In this document: positions 52,630-64,000 of the stretch, in pieces | How positions within the stretch are numbered: the stretch's first letter is position 1 | Layout: each line of letters begins with the position of its first letter | Origin: Octopus vulgaris | Lineage: Eukaryota | Length of the DNA stretch: 64,000 nt | Assembly: GCA_951406725.2 (NCBI GenBank) | Contig: OX597814.1 | Span: 107,632,001-107,696,000, forward strand | Direction of reading: 5' to 3' | The notes under the pieces: generated by a model | What the model was told of the DNA's origin: nothing | Seen by the model: the letters and a program-made list of their open reading frames with translations, nothing else | Database searches by the model: none | Program-made: the position numbers and the translations under genes

Positions 52630-52882
52630 TTACTTTTGTATTCATATTCGTGTAACATCATCCGTTTTTCCATCCTTGTTTTGTATACATTCAAAGGTTT
52701 CTCCCAAGGAATCTAATGCACTTAGCTTAGTTTTTCTTTGGGGCTGGCCAGATTGGAGCAATCAGCCGAAATTGCGAGGATGATCCGGTTCTTGACTGAA
52801 GATTGAAGGCTTCGAATGTCCCGTCCGTGTTTTTTGTATCGTCTCCTAAATGTTTTGCGTTCTTGTCCCAGTTTGTATTTTT

Positions 52883-52886
<4 letters not shown>
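52630..52886. repeat. Unclassified microsatellite-associated repeat
   Basis: CTTGACTGAAGA..CGAATG..TTGTATCGTC..GTTCTTGTCCCA shared with 60310-60428 and partly with 57505-57565. Confidence 0.6.
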
Positions 52887-52962
<76 letters not shown>

Positions 52963-52999
52963 GTATATGTATACATACATGCATACATACATACATATA

Positions 53000-53400
53000 C
53001 TCTTTTACTTGTTTCAGTCATTTGACTGTGGCCATGCTGGAGCATCACCTTTAGTCGAGCACATCGACCCCAGGACTTATTCTTTGTAAGACTAGTACTT
53101 ATTCTATCAGTCTCTTATGCCGAACTGCTAAGTTATGGGGACATAAACACACCAGCATCGGTTGTCAAGCAATGTTGGGGGACATACAAAGACACAGAAA
53201 CATCTAACAACACATACATATATGTATATGTATACATATATATGACGGGCTTCTTTCAGTTTCCATCAACCAAATCCACTCACAAGGCTTTGGTCGACCT
53301 GACGCGATACTAGAAGACACTTGACCAAGGTCCCACGTAGTGGGACTGAACCCAGAACCATGTGGTCCATAAGCTACTTACCACACAGCCACTTCTACGC
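53000..53400 (-). mobile_element. Major SINE
   Basis: Match to family consensus. Confidence 0.85.
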
Positions 53401-53936
53401 TTATATATATATTTATACTCACACACAGAAATGGATATGTATATTTGACAAAAATATATATATACAAATATATATATGTATGTGTGTTTATATATATATA
53501 TATATTTATGTATGTGTATACATACATGCACACATGCATATATATATCTATACACGCACACACACACACAATTGAACTTAATGACCATTAATAGGAAGAT
53601 CAGAGCATAAATGCAACACTTAACATTTATTCTTTGAGTCTCAGAAATCTATTTATAGCATTTCACGTTCCATGTTTCATGATGATGGTTCTTCGTCAAT
53701 TAGTCACCATTTTGGTTTCCTTTCTTTCCTTCTTCCCTTCTTTCCTTCCTTCCATCTTTTTCCTTTCTTTTTCTCTTTCCCTTTTAGTTTTCATTTTCCT
53801 GCAATTCAATGTGACGTGCCATTAGCTGTTTGTTCAGCTATGTGTGTGTATATATATATACATGTGTGTATATATATATATACATGTGTGTATGTGTGTG
53901 TGTATATATATATACACATAAATATATATATATAAT

Positions 53937-53985
<49 letters not shown>

Positions 53986-53989
53986 ATAT

Positions 53990-54244
53990 AACAAAAGAAT
54001 GAAGGATACCTTGATATTATGTAAATAGAGGAATTTATCTGTAAATATAATATGTGACGATTATTCGGTAGCCATTGTAAAACTCCAAGTTTTGGATGTC
54101 GGGGTGGAAACCCATGCTAGCATCTCTTCAGTTATCAGGCCATCAAAAAAATGCTAGAGATGCCAGTGTGGTTTTCCACACCGACATCCAAAACTTGGAG
54201 TTTTATCATGGCTACCGAATAATTGTCACATATTACATTTACAG

Positions 54245-54247
<3 letters not shown>
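53990..54247. mobile_element. Fold-back copy of the same HHR family as 55.9-56.9 kb
   Basis: Arms 54037-54127 and 54156-54246; minus-strand CTGAAGA at 54125-54131, GAAA decayed to AAAA; flanked by (TA)n/(CA)n. Confidence 0.75.
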
Positions 54248-54315
<68 letters not shown>

Positions 54316-55864
54316 TACAGACACCTTTGGTATAATGGTGGGAACATCTGTTATGTTTACAGAAGAAATAGGTTCGTGTCCCATGGTAGCTTCAACTTTT
54401 TTCCATCCAAAGGATGTTTTAAACCAATATTCTATACCCTATTATTTATAGCATTAAAAATAATCTGTGTATATGTATAAATAACGTGTGTACACACATA
54501 TATATTTGTTCATTTTTACGTTCGTTTTTCGCGTTTAATAAACATCTCATAGAAAGAGAGAGAGGTATCGTACAAGAGCCAGATATTCTTTCTGATAGTC
54601 TTAAATCCATGCCTATTTTTCAAGTAAGGGGTCTCAGTGTATAGGTTTATTTTCACCAATGATTTCCGCATCCTCACGGATCCAACTGACTGTTTTTTGG
54701 CAGTGAATTTTGAGAAGTATGGAATATTTAAAGGATGCAATATCCTGGAAGCTAACAACTGTTGTGGTTAGCTTATTGCATAATTTGAAAATTCTGAACG
54801 AAGTGTATTGATTCCATACACCTATGATATAATCAGAGCCAATTTATTGACTTTTTTTGATGAAAGGTTATCAGTGGATGATCAAATCTGTTGACTTTAG
54901 CAGATACAATGACAAGGAGTTGTGACGTTCATACCTTTACTTCCAGCATCAGCTGATTTATTGAAATTGTTTATCCAACCTGGAAACGAACCTGAACTTG
55001 CATTCCTGGAAGATTTACCATTGTGCTTTATCTGTCTTTCACAAGAAATGGTCTTGGCACTCCCAAATATGAAACAACTGTGCTATTCCTGTTCCAGTTC
55101 TTCTTTAATTCCATGGATAAATATTTCACTAATGTTGTTACGCAAGAAAGTCTTCTTGGATTTCAAGAGAACAGGTTCGCTGTTTCCTTATATGGAAATA
55201 TATAGAGACGTGATTGTTGGTGGAGGAGGGCGAGGGACGGTGGGACAAGGTGGTGGGGGAGATGCGAAAAGAGATAATATCAGGAACTGAATGAATAAAC
55301 AAAAGAAAAAGAAAAATATGCAACAGGTTTGAATATAAGGAAATTTTTTGTATCAAAGTAAAGAAATAGAGACAGGCAATTAGAAAGAAAGAAAGAAAGA
55401 AAGAAAGTAAAAAAGAAAGAAAGGTCGACAGACAGAGATAGAGTGATAAATATATATACAGGTAGATAGATTGATAGATAGATAGATAGACAGACAGACA
55501 GATAGATAGACAGACAGATAGATAGAGGAAGTGAGAATGAACATGTGTTTTAAGTATAGGGAAAATTAAAAAGAATTATACACACATACATACTCATATA
55601 TTTATATATTCATATATACATACATGTACACACATACACACACACAACCACATATATACATGTGTGTGTGTGTGGGTGAGTGTGTGTGAATGTGAGTGAT
55701 TGATGTTGTGAGAACCACAATTTAAGGTAAATATTCAAAACATTCAAAGTAATACTTTCAGACAAATTCTTAAAGGAGGGAACGCAACAAGCTTTATACA
55801 GCCAATCATTTATACATGTATGTGTGTGTGTGTGTGTGTATAATATACTATAATATAATATAAT

Positions 55865-56955
55865 ATCATATGTGACAATTATTCAGTTGCCAAAATAAAA
55901 CTCTAAGTTTCGAATGTCAGGGCAGAAATCTGCTCCGGCATCTCGTCAGTTATCAGGGCAATCAAAAAATGCTATGAAAATGACCGTTAAACAAAGGGAA
56001 ATTACTATATAATTGACCGTTATTAAGACAAAAGAGCTATTAGAATGACCGTTAAATAAGGGGGAAAAAACGAAGGGGAGAAAGTAGAAAAGTAAAGGAG
56101 TAAAAATGCTCATAGAAATCACGTATGCGTGCATGCACGTACATACACATGCACACCCGCACACCCACATACATGTGCCTATATGCATATGCTCACTCAT
56201 ACTCGCGTGAAACACACACATGCGCACCCACACATATGCCAAAAAATGCACAAATATATGCAACCATGCATGTACACGTATACATATCCACACACACATG
56301 CACATTCCCATACCTGCACACAAGCACACATACACGCATGAGTACATAAATGTATATCTACACACACGCGCACACACACACACACCTGTGCACATACCCA
56401 TATGTGCACAGTAATATTCAAATGCACATCTAAAATACGTACATGCTATATATGCATATACTCCCTCACACTTGCGTGGAACATTCGCATGTACACCCAC
56501 ATATTTATGCAAGCATATACATTTACATATACATGTACATATATACATACCCACACACACACACACGTATATATACCCATACGCGCACAAAAATGTTCAT
56601 ATACACGTCTATATACACACATGCACAAAAAATGGCAGGGTGAAAGGTAAAATACAGAAAAAATATGTAAAAATATATAAAGTAATAAAAATATATCTTT
56701 ATAAATATGTAAAGAATATGTAAAAAAATATATGAGAAATATATATAAAAAGTATAGAGTGACAAAAAGTTTACACGATCATTTTCATAGCATTTTTTGA
56801 TTCCCTTGATAACTGAAGAGATGCCGATGTAGGCTTCCGCTCCGACATCCAAAACTCAGTGTTTTATTATGGCAACCAAATAATTGTTACATATTATATT
56901 ACAGATAAATTCCTCTATTTACATAATATCGAGGCCTCATTCATTCTTTTGTTGT
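55865..56955. mobile_element. Element with outward-facing inverted HHR-bearing ends and CA-rich interior
   Basis: 55865-55980 is the reverse complement of 56782-56900; right copy has CTGAAGA 56813-56819 and G12>A; interior has 3x ATGACCGTTA-like motif and degenerate (CA/TA)n. Confidence 0.7.
55895..55954 (-). ncRNA. Type-I hammerhead ribozyme motif, core intact
   Basis: Minus strand reads ATAA-CTGACGA-GATGCCGGAGCAGA-TT-TCTGCCCTGACATTC-GAAA-CTTAGAG-TT-TTAT: stem I ATAA/TTAT, long stem II, stem III ACT/AGT, GUU triplet. Confidence 0.7.
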
Positions 56956-57029
56956 CATACCATTACTATTAATATATATATAATATGATCTCTGAGTGAG
57001 TTATAAACAGTAGCTGCATGACGACAGTA

Positions 57030-57480
57030 GCCAACTAAATGTGGCTAGCTTTTAAGGGTTGATGCTACTGTAGCTTGTAGCCCCAGGAATACATCTCCTC
57101 CAGCTGGCTGTTGACACACTCTCTGTGCCCTATCAGTATTTGCAAAGGGAAGTCATTGTACCCATCTCTAGCCTGACGTGATACACACGGACCCAAGTTT
57201 CTGGGTATTGACCCATCATCAGGGTGTGACAACCACCGGTTGGCAATGGGAAATGGTTCTCAATGCAAATATATATATATACGTTTTCCAGTGATGGGTA
57301 AATACTCAGAAACTTGGGTCCATGTGTATCACATCAGGCTGGAGATGGGAACGATGACTTCCCTTTGCAAATACTGATAGGGTACAGATAGTGTGTCAAT
57401 AGCCAGCAGGAAGAGATGTCTTCCTGAGGCTACAAGCTACAGTAGCATTGACTCTTAAGGGCTAGCCACATTTAGTTGGC
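57030..57480. mobile_element. Fold-back element with about 190-bp arms and HHR motif
   Basis: Arms 57030-57218 and 57292-57480 are reverse complements, differing mostly by transitions. Confidence 0.8.
57184..57228 (-). ncRNA. Minimal type-I hammerhead ribozyme motif
   Basis: Minus strand CACACC-CTGATGA-TGGGT-CAAT-ACCCA-GAAA-CTTGGG-TC-CGTGTG; perfect 5-bp stem II, GUC triplet, one mismatch at the first pair of stem I. Confidence 0.7.
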
Positions 57481-57561
57481 AAATATGCACGATATATAAA
57501 TGTTGTCCCTTTTTTCTATCACCTAACTGTCTGGATGTTTTGTGTTCTTGTCCCATTTTTG

Positions 57562-57630
<69 letters not shown>

Positions 57631-57785
57631 TATTATATATATCATATGTATTATATATATGTGTGTGTGTATGCATGCATATATCATCATCATCATCATT
57701 TAACGTCCGTTTTCCATATATATATATGTATGCATATATATATATTATTTATATTATTATATATATACATATATATATATTATTT

Positions 57786-58037
57786 ATTTATTTAAAGGCA
57801 CAATGCATGTATTAGAGTGCTACTAATAGCTTCATATGTTGAGAAAACTCAAACATATTCTTCAGGTGCAAACCACATATGATAACAAACTAAAGAGATT
57901 GAATAATAGAAGAAACATGATAAAATTGAGAAGGCAGCATATAGAAAAGGTTTGTGCTTGAAGAATACATTTGAGTGTTCTCAACATATGAAACTATCAG
58001 AAGCATTTTAATACATGTATTGTGACCTTTAAATAAT
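57786..58037. mobile_element. Fold-back element with two decayed HHR copies
   Basis: Arms about 57786-57874 and 57949-58037; combined consensus GTGC-CTGAAGA-ATATGTTTGAG..CTCAACATAT-GAAA-CTATTAG-TA-GCAC; each arm carries different core substitutions. Confidence 0.65.
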
Positions 58038-58310
58038 TAATATTTATCTCTCACCAGATTGATTCCTTTTTTTATTGAATTTTCTATCACGGATCACTGC
58101 ATTATATATATATAAATTAACAGAATGAGATAAAAAATCCAAGGCTGTGAAAGATTTTAGAACATTTAAAAATAGAAGGTCTTACAGCTGTTTCCAGGAT
58201 ATTTCATATATCCCTTCATTGTAGATGGTGTGAGAAAAGCATTACCTGACACCTTTGGGTCTTCTTGATACCATTACCTCTCATAACCTATATATATATA
58301 TATATATATA

Positions 58311-59210
58311 TATTGTGTCATCCCATAAATAATGCGATTTTTTTCAATTGCATGAAATAAAAGTCGGAGGGGACAGGATAACCTACCTGCATCAACTTGC
58401 TATAAAAGCAGGTAGTAATTTTACCATGTCCTTATTCTTAGTGCAAGTTTTGAAATACAGTTATTTTTTTCAAAGCTATAATGGAAGTGACAAAGGAGCA
58501 TATTTGGCATATTTTGCTTTATGAGTTCAATAAAGGCAACAATGCAGTGGAAGTGCAAGGAATATTAATGCAGTATATGAGGATTGGACAATAAGTGTAA
58601 GCCAGTGTCAACAGTGGTTCCAGAAATTCCAAGCCGGAAACTACAGCCTAGAAGACGATTCACGTTCTGGAAGATCTGTAGAGCTCAACGAGGACTTCCT
58701 GCAAACCCTGGTGGAACAAAATCCCATCGTAACTGTTGAGGAACTAGCAGAGAAGTTTGGATCTGGTCATTCAACTAGTCATTCAAATCAACGTTAGAAG
58801 AAAAACGACTATCTTTGGTTTTGAGACGAAAGGTGTTCTTCCATCAGGATAATGCTCAGCCACATGCAGCAAAGATGACATTCCAAAGTCTGGAGCATTT
58901 GAACAGGAAACAATGCCCCACCCACCATATTCACTGGACACTGCCCCATCTGATTATCATATATTCCGCAGTCTTCAAAATCATTTGGACAGAAAAAATA
59001 TGAATTCTGTAGACGAGGTCAGAATAGTACTAGAGGAGTATTTTTCATCACAGACAAGTGAATTTTGAAAGAGGGGCCTCGCAAGAATACCAGATAGATG
59101 GAAGAGCATTGTAGAAAATGAAGGAAAGTATATTTTAGATTAGAAAAAGAACTTTATTTTAATTCTGAAAAATAAAAGAAGTATTAAAAAACCGCATTAT
59201 TTATGGGATA
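58311..59210 (+). mobile_element. Mariner transposon, second family, internally deleted
   Basis: TIRs ATCCCATAAATAATGCG / CGCATTATTTATGGGAT; FHQDNAQPH and HTH remnant. Confidence 0.9.
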
Positions 59211-59451
59211 CACACACACACACACACACATATACATACATACATACATTCACCTTACCCTAATTTAATTATTCTAAATGATTTGAGATACTTGTTCTGC
59301 TTTGGTTTAGATTTTTCCTCTAATATAATATATCCTTGCTATAACGGAACCCTAGATTTAGCCTTAGCTGTGATCTCAGAACCTAATGGTCAACCAACTT
59401 GCTCACCGTACCTATTCGTTTAGATCACAAGAGAACTAAACCTCTCATATT

Positions 59452-59524
<73 letters not shown>

Positions 59525-59526
<2 letters not shown>

Positions 59527-59826
59527 GAGGAGCAATGGTCCAGTGGTTAGGGCAGCAGACTCGTGGTCGTAGGATCGCGGTTTTGATTCCTAGACCGGGC
59601 ATTGTGAGTGTTTATTGAGTGAAAACACCTAAAGTTCCATGAGGCTCCAGCAGGGGGTGGTGGCGGTCCCTGCTGTACTCTTTCGCCGCAACTTTCTCTC
59701 AAAATTTCTTCTGTTGGCCTGCTCGCTTAGCCAGCAGGGTGGCGTCATTCGAAGGCTAAAACAATGCAAACGCATTGTGACCAGCAATGTATAGCAACAT
59801 CTGATAGCCTGGTCGGTCACGGTGAT
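59525..59826 (+). mobile_element. tRNA-derived SINE
   Basis: TGGTCCAGTGGTTAG A box, GGTTTTGATTCC B box; 3' part GGGTGGCGTCAT..GCATTGTGACCAG..CAACATCTGATA shared with 34130-34400. Confidence 0.8.
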
Positions 59827-59986
59827 ATATATATATATACATATTTAAGTTACAATATATCGATTCAAGAAATCCGGTATTACTCATAAAAAAGCTCCTT
59901 AATTTATCATTGTCCAAACCATATAGAATATGTCGTAATATACAAGAGGAAAGGATAAGGAGTGTATAAAGTCGTAAATGTCAAAG

Positions 59987-60306
59987 AAATATTTTGATGA
60001 AATTTTATTTAACAAAAATAAAATTCAAATATTATGACTAATTGTTTCATAACTTACATTTGCGTTCTTTGTAATGTTACGTTGAGAATTTAGTATTTAA
60101 CAAAGATTTTCTTTCACCTGAGGACACAGCTTAAATTCTGCATAATTTTCAATGATTTTTTTTTTTTTGCATTTTAAATTAATGCAGACATTTAAGTTAT
60201 TTATTATTAAATATAATGATATAAATTATTTACATGTTTTAAGTTACGAAACAATTTGTCATATTTCAATTTTCTTACTGTGAAATAAAATTTCATCAAA
60301 CTATTT
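59987..60306. repeat. AT-rich imperfect fold-back repeat
   Basis: 59987-60056 is the approximate reverse complement of 60240-60306; arms contain GAAACAATT(A/T)GTC. Confidence 0.55.
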
Positions 60307-60426
60307 GTCGCACGGAATTGCAAAGATAATCTAGAACTTGACTGAAGAAAGAAAACTCCGAATGACCTGTCCTTGTTTTTTTGTATCGTCTGGATGTTTT
60401 TCGTTCTTGTCCCATTTTTGTTATTC

Positions 60427-60459
<33 letters not shown>

Positions 60460-60462
<3 letters not shown>

Positions 60463-62128
60463 ACCTAGCCAAAACCAAAGTCCTAATAAGTAGGAAGGTA
60501 GACCAATCACAAACGCCTTCAGGTAGATGGCCCTGCTCGATCTGTAGAAAAGGTGTAGGTAGAAACTCTATAAGATGCACCAAGTGTAAGCTATGGACAC
60601 ATAAGAGGTGCAGCAATGTCAAAGGAAGGCTAACTAGGAAGATGGTTTTTGTATGTGGCAGATGCTCAGGAACAATTAACACTGAAGATGCTCTGAGACC
60701 AACTTCCGTCACTTTCCAGGGAGAAAAGCTAGAAGTAGTTGATAGTTTCTGTTACCTAGGTGACGAAGTCAGTAGCGGGGGCGGGTGCGCTGAGAGTATA
60801 ACTGCTAGAGTAAGAATAGCCTGGGCAAAGTTTAGAGAGCTCTTACCTCTGCTGGTGACAAAAGGCCTCTCGCTCAAAGTAAAAGGCAGACTGTATGATG
60901 CATGTGTACGTACAGCCATGCTACATGGTAGTGAAACTTGGGCTGTGACTGCTGAGGATTTGCGTAAGCTCGCAAGAAATGAAGCTAGTATGCTCCGATG
61001 GATGTGTAACGTCAGTGTTCATAATCGACAGAGTGTAAGTACCTTGAGAGATAAGTTGAACCTAAGAAGTATCAGTTGTTGTGTGCAAGAGAGACGTATG
61101 CGCTGGTATGGTCATGTGATGAGAATGGCTGAAGATAGTTGTGTGCGAAAGTGCCACACCCTGGCAGTTGAGGGGACCTGTGGAAGAGGTAGACCCAGGA
61201 AAACCTGGGTCGAGGCGGTGAAGCACGACCTTCGAACTTTAGGTCTCACCAAGGAAATGACCAGTGACCGAGACCTTTGGAGGTATGCTGTGCGTGAGAA
61301 AACCCGGCAAGACCAGTGAGAACAGTCAAAATCAAGATCAAACCAAATTGAGGTCGATCAACATCAGGGCCCCCGTGCAGGTGACACATAAAAGTACCAT
61401 CCGTTCGTAGCCGTTCGCCAGCCCTGTCTGGCCCCCGTGTAGGTGGCACGTAAAAGCACGATCCGTTCGTGTTCGTTGCCAGCCTGGCCTGGCCCCCGTG
61501 CCGGTGACACGTAAAAGTACCATCCGTTTGTGGCCGTTTGCCAGCTCTGTCTGGCCCCCGTGCCGGTGACACGTAAAAGCACCATCCGTTCGTGGCCGTT
61601 TGCCAGCTCTGTCTGGCCCCCGTGCCGGTGACACGTAAAAGCACCATCCGTTCGTGGCCGTTTGCCAGCCCTGTCTGGCCCCCATGTCGGTGGCATGTAA
61701 AAGCACCATCCGTTCGTGCCCATTGCCAGCCTCGCCTGGCCCCCGTGCCGGTGACACGTAAAAGCACCATCCGTTTCGTGGCCGTTTGCCAGCTCTGTCT
61801 GGCCCCCGTGTTGGTGGCACGTAAAAGCACCATACGTTCGTGTCCGTTGCCAGCCTCGCCTGGCCCCGTGCCGGTGACACGTAAAAGCACCATCCGTTCG
61901 TGGCCGTTTGCCAGCTCTGTCTGGCACCTGTGCAGGTGGCACGTAAAAAGCACCCACTACACTCACGGAGTGGTTGGCGTTAGGAAGGGCATCCAGCCGT
62001 AGAAACACTGCCAGATCTGACTGGGCCTGATGAAGCCTTCCAGCTTCACAGACTCCAGTTGAACCGTCCAACCCATGCTAGCATGGAGAACGGACGCTAA
62101 ATGATGATGATGATGATGATGATGATGA
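60460..62128 (+). mobile_element. RTE-clade LINE 3' part with expanded 3' UTR minisatellite
   Basis: Open frame INLAKTKVLIS...VREKTRQDQ (to 61319), starts in (TA)n, ends in (GAT)n tail. Confidence 0.93.
61368..61950 (+). repeat. About 62-bp tandem minisatellite (about 9 units) in RTE 3' UTR
   Basis: Unit GGCCCCCGTGCCGGTGACACGTAAAAGCACCATCCGTTCGTGGCCGTTTGCCAGCTCTGTCT repeated head to tail without unique spacers. Confidence 0.95.
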
Positions 62129-62638
62129 TACATATATATATATATATATATATATCACAATCAAGGAACGGCCATAATAGGCCATTCACCCACTAGAAAT
62201 AACAGCCAAAGCTTCAACCGCAAAATAACATTAATTCCGCAAACCAGGAGAAAATTAAAAAAACATTTACCCTGTAATTTCTTATACGATGCACCGTTTC
62301 ATCTATTGTTTAATGGTAAACTAACCTGATTAAATTAAATCAAGCCAATCTTCCATAGGCCGATAGATTCGTCAGTAAGAAAACAGCCAGATCGGAACAG
62401 ATATTTTCACGAGGCACTTCTCTCCCTGCCTCGGCAATATCTGACCTAAAATTTTCAAATCATCGCACTCGCGCCAAATTTATCGGCAGCAAATAAATAT
62501 AAGCCGCCGATTCCATTATGGAATTAACCAGAAAATTCATAATTAATCAATATAGGGTGGCAAAAAATTTTGTAGAATTTTTTTTGCCACCAGCGGCCTA
62601 GTGGGAAAAAATTTAAATAGTCATAGACCATTTATAAG

Positions 62639-62676
<38 letters not shown>

Positions 62677-62700
62677 TATATACATACATATATATGTATA

Positions 62701-63337
62701 CTAGCAGTATCGACCGGCGTTGCTCGGGTTTGTAAGGGAAATAACTATATAAGCATTTTTAGAGAGTTATAGCCAAAAAATAGCAAAAAATGCATTAAAA
62801 ATGGAAAAAATATGATGGTAAATTTTTTTAAAAATCGTTGACTCATCGTAGACATTTTTAGAGAGTTACTTCCCTTATATAATAGCGAAAAAATGCATTA
62901 AAATGGAAAAAAAACGATGGTAAATTTTTTTTTAAATCGTAGACTCATATAGACGCTTTCTTAGCCATTTCTGTTTTGGTGTCTTCAAGCCATGAAGTCG
63001 TTGTTCTAAAAGAACACTGGTCTCCTTGACAACGCATTACGACGTTGATTTCCTTACACTCCCTTCCCCACAGGTGCAGGTGTGAGCGTGGACGCCAACT
63101 CCGCCGCCATCGACACACGAAAAATTATGCATTAAAATGGAATAAAAAATGATGTTAAATTATTTTTAAAATCGTAGACTCATCGTAGACGCGCACTAAT
63201 ATTCAGACGGGCTCGATATGAATCACGACTATAAGCTACCCGAATTTGGTTAAACTGTACCGCAAAATGTGGGAGTAGTTAGGAATCTAAATCGAAGGGG
63301 ACAGACACTCACACAACTACAGTTTTATATATATAGA
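62701..63337 (-). mobile_element. Non-autonomous Helitron
   Basis: Minus strand starts TC(TATATATATAAA) and ends with GC-rich hairpin CCCGAGCAACGCCGG then CTAG; inserted between A and T; three internal AAAATGCATTAAAATGG..ATCGTAGACTCAT repeats. Confidence 0.85.
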
Positions 63338-63472
63338 TATACATAGCGCAGTAGTGGTGAGATATGACAGCAAAGAAAAGCATACATTCACTCTCTGCAT
63401 GCAATTAGACTCGGAAAGTTCGTGAGGAACCCATTGACCCAATTTGCTGACTTTTCCGATAGCACACAGGTG

Positions 63473-63720
63473 TCAATGAATGGTTGAATGACCAAATCCA
63501 AGGTTCTCTGCTAGTTCCTCAACAGTTACGATGATATTTTGTTCCATTAGGGTTTTCAGGATGTCCTTGTCGAGTTCTACAGATCTTTCAGGATGAGGCT
63601 CGTCTTCTAGGCTGTAGTTTATGGCTCGGGATTTCTGGAACCACCATTGACACTGCCTAACGCTTATTGTCCAATCCCCATATACTGCATTAATATTTCT
63701 TGTACTTTGCACACATTTAT
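63473..63720 (-). mobile_element. Mariner fragment of the 58.3 kb family
   Basis: RNINAVYGDWTISVRQCQWWFQK..SLEDEP..TVEELAENLG matches 58560-58770. Confidence 0.85.
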
Positions 63721-63772
63721 ATTCTGTTATTCTTTTATATGTTTCAGCCTTGAGGTTGTGGCCATGCTGGAT

Positions 63773-63816
<44 letters not shown>

Positions 63817-64000
63817 TATCTGTCTGTCTGTCTGTATGTATATATGTATATGTATGTGTGTGAACAATAATATTTTCAACAGATGTGTTGCAAATGTATC
63901 TGATTGTTCTCAAGCTTCAATACTGTGTGTGTGTGTATGTGTGTGTGTGTGTATGTATGTATGTATATGTATGTATGTATGTATATGTATGTATGTATGT

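Noticed and set aside
52735-52782. GGCTG..CAGCC-GAAA resembling hammerhead stem II
   Set aside because: No CUGANGA upstream and no UH or stem I; the downstream CTGAAGA lacks a matching GAAA
54930-55200. Tigger/CENP-B-like reading NASSGSFPGWINNF on the minus strand
   Set aside because: Other expected motifs are absent or in the wrong order
61368-61950. CRISPR-like periodic array and the long ORFs across it
   Set aside because: Contiguous tandem units with no unique spacers, located inside an RTE 3' UTR, no cas genes, eukaryotic context; the ORFs are repeat artefacts

Overview
Repeat-saturated eukaryotic non-coding DNA (AT-rich, dense (TA)n/(CA)n/(GATA)n/(AAT)n microsatellites). The repeat repertoire points to an octopus genome (inference from recalled cephalopod SINE/LINE families, not a database result). 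No host gene is securely identified; nearly all ORF-track entries are microsatellite or repeat artefacts. Supportable content: many copies of a tRNA-derived CORE-type SINE and two other tRNA SINEs; RTE LINEs (four RT-bearing fragments, many 3' tails); three R4/Dong-type restriction-endonuclease LINEs in (TAA)n tracts; a decayed Neptune-type Penelope RT; four mariner remnants; a non-autonomous Helitron; a TTAA-ended MITE. The main unexplained signal is a set of minimal type-I hammerhead ribozyme (HHR) motifs in at least six unrelated non-coding, mostly fold-back elements. One family joins a Pol III tRNA-like head to a hammerhead tail and inserts as an inverted dimer with 13-14 bp target-site duplications. 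One copy of it has accumulated about 7 kb of nested LINEs in its internal (AAT)n spacer. Ribozyme activity is inferred from sequence only, and repeat boundaries were set by eye and are approximate.
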